64,000 bases of DNA from Eledone cirrhosa (lineage: Eukaryota), in contig OZ024751.1 of assembly GCA_964016885.1 (NCBI GenBank), positions 5,766,001 through 5,830,000 on the forward strand. The letters run 5' to 3'. Position numbers and translations under genes: made by a program. The notes under the pieces are model-generated. The model saw only the letters and a program-made list of their open reading frames with translations, searched no databases and was not told the DNA's origin. Positions 59,405-64,000 of the stretch are shown here, in pieces. Numbering within the stretch: the first letter of the stretch is position 1; every line of letters starts with the position of its first letter.

Positions 59405-60840
59405 GTAGGTTTGTCCCCAAAGTAAGGGTTGGCATTTTCCTATGTACTGCGTGATAAAGTGGCACCCCGTTACTGTATATAAGCGTATTCGTTATGACCT
59501 TGGCTACACGTGCATACATCTTTCAACACAATCGATTGAGTCAGTTGTGAGTTAATGCTGTTTATGTGCAGACGTGTTTATAACCGCTGGTACTTTTACG
59601 ATGCCAATGCAGGAAATATTGAACAGCGGTACGTGATCAAAATGTGTGAGAAACAACAAATCTCCTACATAAACACTTAACTCTTTCACACAATCCAATG
59701 GAAATGACTCTATCGTGAAGTAAGGTTTTTATGTGGTACAACGCTTTCATAGAGGGCGGAGATTTCGCTGAGAACAAGCCATGTTCTAGAAGGACAATCT
59801 GTTGATCAAATGAAAAAAAATGGACAAGTGGTGCTAGCGGTGATAGCGAAAGATCAGTGATTAAGTGTTAAGACGATTACAGAAGAAACGGTCTTCGATA
59901 TAAATGCAGTTCACAGAATTTTAACAGACCATTGGACCATGAGAAATATTTGTGCAGAACTAGTGCCCAAACCATTGTCAATAGGTCAAAAAGCTAACCG
60001 GTTGGAAATTTGTAAGGATTTGCTAGAAAGACTTGAAATTGAGCCAAATTTTTTGGATAAAATAATAGTTGTTTCTACTTTTGGCACAAGGCCAGCAATT
60101 ATCCCAGTGCATTGCTCGTACTTTATTTTCTCGACCCCATAAGGATAAAAGGCAAAGTTAACTTCGCAGGGATTTGAACTTGAATTAATAACAGGAGACA
60201 AATTGTTGGTGTTTGACTATGATCCAGAAACAAAAAGTCAGAGTGATAAGTGACACACGAAATATTCTCCCCGCCCGGAGAAAGCACGCATGAGCAGATC
60301 CAGGTTGAAAATGATGAATATCTTTTACTTCGACAGCATTATGTTATTGTTCTCAAAAATTCTTACCTCCAGGACAAACAGTTAATCACACGTTCTACAA
60401 AGATATCTTGGAACGACTTCGAAAACAAGACCCGTGTGTCCGAAGGCACATTGAAAGGGATTAGATTCTGTTCTACGCTAGCTCGCATGCTCACACATCA
60501 TTTTCAATTAGAGAGTTTCTGGTGAAGAAAAACATTCCCATCTCATCATATCCTCGCGAACACCCAGATCTAGGGATGTGAGATTTCTAGTTCGTCCGTC
60601 AGTTGAAATCAAATTTGAAGTGTCATAATATTAGAACTTGGGAAAACATACAAAACATTGTAACCGACAAGTTAAGGACACTAAGAGAAAATGACTTCTG
60701 GTACAGCTACGATCAATGGAGAAAACGTTGGTGTCGATTCCGACGGGTCGTATTTTGAAGGAGATGACTTGTAATTTCATGTACATCTAATTTATATTTA
60801 AATAAAACTTCAGTATTCTTACTTTTGGGACAAACTTCTT
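59405..60840 (+). mobile_element. Decayed mariner transposon
   Basis: TIR gtttgtccccaaagtaag / cttacttttgggacaaac; remnants IEQRYVIK, ELVPKPLS (WVP-like), FLDKII|ITGD..VFDYDPETKSQS, HPDL, GSYFE. Confidence 0.85.
60066..60180 (-). mobile_element. 5'-truncated OK-like SINE inside the mariner
   Basis: SINE 3' body; splits the II-TGD motif with an aataa-type duplication. Confidence 0.85.
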
Positions 60841-61774
60841 ATCTACACATATTTACAATTTAGTAGCATTCGTTACCAATTATATTTAATTGAGAATTGT
60901 TTGAATACTTTATGCAGCATACCCATGCATGTGTTTATATATCCTTGAAACTAGCGATGAAACATCTGTGTTGTTACTAAGCTTGTATTTTTTATACTAA
61001 TATTACATGCTTTATGTAGAAATATATTTTTTTTAAAAATATCATTGATCGACTTGTTTACAGCTGACAAACGTTTCAGATGCCTTCTAAAGATTTGAAT
61101 ATACTTTAAAGAAAAAGTGAAAATAATTGATTTCGATTGAAGCGGCAAAATATGGGGGATCTAAAGCGAAAGGTAAACTGTTGTAACATATCTTCAGCGT
61201 CGACATTAATAGCCTCACGGACTAGAATTTTAAACTAAGAAATAAATTTGACGCACCAATTTTGTATTTTCATAATCAGTTTCTTTTATGTTGAAGCTGC
61301 CACGTTAATCTCCCTATGAGATTAACCCACGAGAGAATTTCTTTTTAATATTGAAGTTATTCCATCAGTTACGCAAATGGTGTCTTCACAAATATATTTC
61401 TCTCTCTATCAACTTTTGCTTAGTGCCAATAAAAAAATTAATCAATATTCTCGGAGTCTATGAATTCTCGGTCAAATATTATAATGTGTTCAGCTTTAGC
61501 TATTTAACTATGTGACGACCTAAACAGAAGTAACGATCGCTAGAATACATTTCTATATGTTCGATAGAGACAAATGCTATTTACAAACGTTTCGATTTCT
61601 TTAGTATAAAAAACAGAAGTATCTATACACTTTATTAGTAACAAGAAGTTTTCATTTAAATATTTCAGACGCTGGGACTACGAAGATAGGAAACACAACC
61701 TAATGTTTGTGTAGGTTTATAGATGAACATATCACTTGTATTCCTCTGATTCATTGCCTTATAACCCTATTTAA

Positions 61775-62245
61775 TACTCCCGGGTCTGAAATAATCGTCT
61801 CCCAACCGCTCATTAAATTTTGCAAATCTATCTCCGGTGAAATTTTATTTTAAGTGGTAGCATTCCTGCGACAATTAATTTTCTTTATACATTAAAAACA
61901 CATTATACATGACAAAAAGTACATTACTAGACATTTATAAAATAAATAGGATGGGTTGGAGGTCTCAATATGTAAACTAAACAACTAATGCTGGGTTTGT
62001 TTAAATCAACGGAGACAACCTAGAATAATTACCGGTTTTCCAAGCTCCTGTTTATTACAACACGCCACCTATCCCCCTCCTTATTTCAACTGCCCGCGCT
62101 TATCCCAACATTCCAGCTTATTACAACATCCTGCTTGCTGTAACCACCCGCTTATTCCAATAGCCCCGCATTTTTCATCCCCTGCTTCCCCCCCCCCCCC
62201 AGCTTATAAACCCCCCCTCCCCCGAGTCTTTGGGACCTGAGAATG
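61775..62245. mobile_element. Possible MITE with subterminal cttatt(a/c)caac repeats
   Basis: Imperfect ends tactcccgggtc / gacctgagaat; recurrent ttatt.caac motif at 62053-62160. Confidence 0.35.
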
Positions 62246-62884
62246 ATTGAAAATACAAACGTTAGACGTATATAATTCTTCTCAGGCAAGTTAGCCCCCC
62301 AAAACCTTCATGTTTACCAGGGAACGTTTATCTTTAATACATTGATTTATATATAGACACAACAAACCTCTGACATCAGACCTAGTACGATATATTTCCT
62401 TCCCCATTCCTTCACAATCCCATATTCATCAACAAACCTCCCAATAAAAATAGAATGAACATAATAAAATTGTGGTTAAAGCATCACAGCTTTCTTCCAT
62501 ATAAATTACTTTTTTCTAACCAATTCTTTAAAATATGATTTCACCAATTTTTTTTTCACAATTATAATTGAAAAAAATAGCTCATTTGTTATTTAATGTG
62601 CTTCGTTTCTAGAACAAAAAAGTAAAGTAATTTAAATTTAAATTTAACATTTTTTTTTTATGTGGCAAAGGGGAATATGAGACACGCACATATTTTAAGT
62701 AGTGTAAATAGTATAACGCTATGAAAAATACTTTTATAATGAAAGCTCAACCATAGACAGATAACAAATTCATGTGAAAATCGATGTTTATTCTTTAGAG
62801 CCATACGATAAATAGTCCAACATGTTTTAAGGTACTACACATTAGAAAGTGTTTACGTATAAGGACTTTGTAATTACAATAAAG

Positions 62885-62919
<35 letters not shown>

Positions 62920-62924
<5 letters not shown>

Positions 62925-63520
62925 CAATACGGACTAGAAGCAATAGGATTCTGGCTAGAGAAATATCCCAACGAGATACCTGGCAGAATAGAAAAAATCT
63001 TCATCACCGCGGGATTAAAATTTATCTTACAGAACAACTTTTTTGATTTCGATGGCAGTACTTACTAAGCAAATATCGGGGACTGCGATGGGTACAAAAG
63101 CCGCTCCAACTTATGCCAACTTAGTCATGGCATACTTAGAAGTCCAGATATATGAACAGTCCAAATCAAAATACGGATTGAACTTCCAGAAATATTTATC
63201 AGAGAATTGGAAACGCTACTTGGATGATTGTCTCATTCTTTGGTCCCACACACTCGACCAACTGAATGATTTCAAAAACTTAATAAACGGCATCAATAAC
63301 CACATCCAATTCACAATGGAATACAACCAAGATCAACTCCCATTTCTGGACATCTTAATCTTAAAAAAAGACACAAATATTGAAATTGACATACACTACA
63401 AACCAACAATTTCCAAACAATACCTGTTATTCACCTCCAACCATCCAAAGCACACGAATACGAACATTCCTTTTAACCTAGCAAAAAGAATTTGCACAAA
63501 TGTCTCCAATTATGAAACGC
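62920..63520 (+). pseudogene. Penelope-type RT core/thumb fragment
   Basis: GTAMGTKAAPTYANLVM, WKRYLDD, FTME...LPFLDI, YKPT, HPKH...NIPFNLAKRI; bounded by (TA)n at both ends. Confidence 0.9.
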
Positions 63521-63584
63521 CTATATCAGTAAAATGGAGAGATGCCTATATCAGTAAAAATGATACACATACATATATATCATT

Positions 63585-63654
<70 letters not shown>

Positions 63655-64000
63655 CAAAGGAATTGTGGTAAGGAACCAGATGGACCATAACGCACCAGAG
63701 TACTCAATACTTAGGGTAGTAGAGTGGGAAATAGGAAAAAGTATGACCCCGATGGCTAATTCTGGACAGAAATAGCCGTCCAGAAATAGCCGTCCAGAAA
63801 TAGCCGTCGAAACGGCTTGAGCTCTGCCATCGGGTTCATACTTTTTCCTATATATATATATATACGGACACACATAGAGGCGTATAAATACGGTTCATAC
63901 TGAAGGGTACACTTAATACGTAGTAAATGCACAGAAACTATTTAAAGACATTTAAAAACACTTTTAAAAAACCCTTAAAAAACCCTTTAAAAAACCCTTA

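Noticed and set aside
63955-64000. aaaaaaccctt repeats resembling telomeric repeats
   Set aside because: Not (TTAGGG)n, only about three irregular units, and cut by the window end.

Overview
AT-rich, microsatellite-dense eukaryotic DNA with no recognisable host gene or intact ORF; most ORF-track entries are (TA)n/(CA)n artefacts. The tRNA-derived OK-like and OR-like SINEs point to an octopod cephalopod (inference). The window is a transposon graveyard: Penelope-like element (PLE) fragments (two Naiad-like, several Penelope-type), a decayed Buster-type hAT with TIRs and an 8-bp TSD, a decayed mariner, an R4/Dong-type REL LINE 3' end, RTE fragments, a non-autonomous Helitron and about 12 SINEs. 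The main signal is roughly 20 type I hammerhead ribozyme (HHR) motifs, read by eye, from about 10 different sequence families. Many sit in long inverted repeats with the two HHRs facing outward (fold-back elements at about 36.5-38.5, 44.45-44.83, 45.4-49.1, 51.1-52.7 and 55.9-57.1 kb) embedded in (TA)n. Some carry atypical cores (U3-A8, CAGAAGA), and one family carries a repeated GC-rich structured-RNA-like module. All folds and alignments were done by eye and coordinates are approximate to a few bases.
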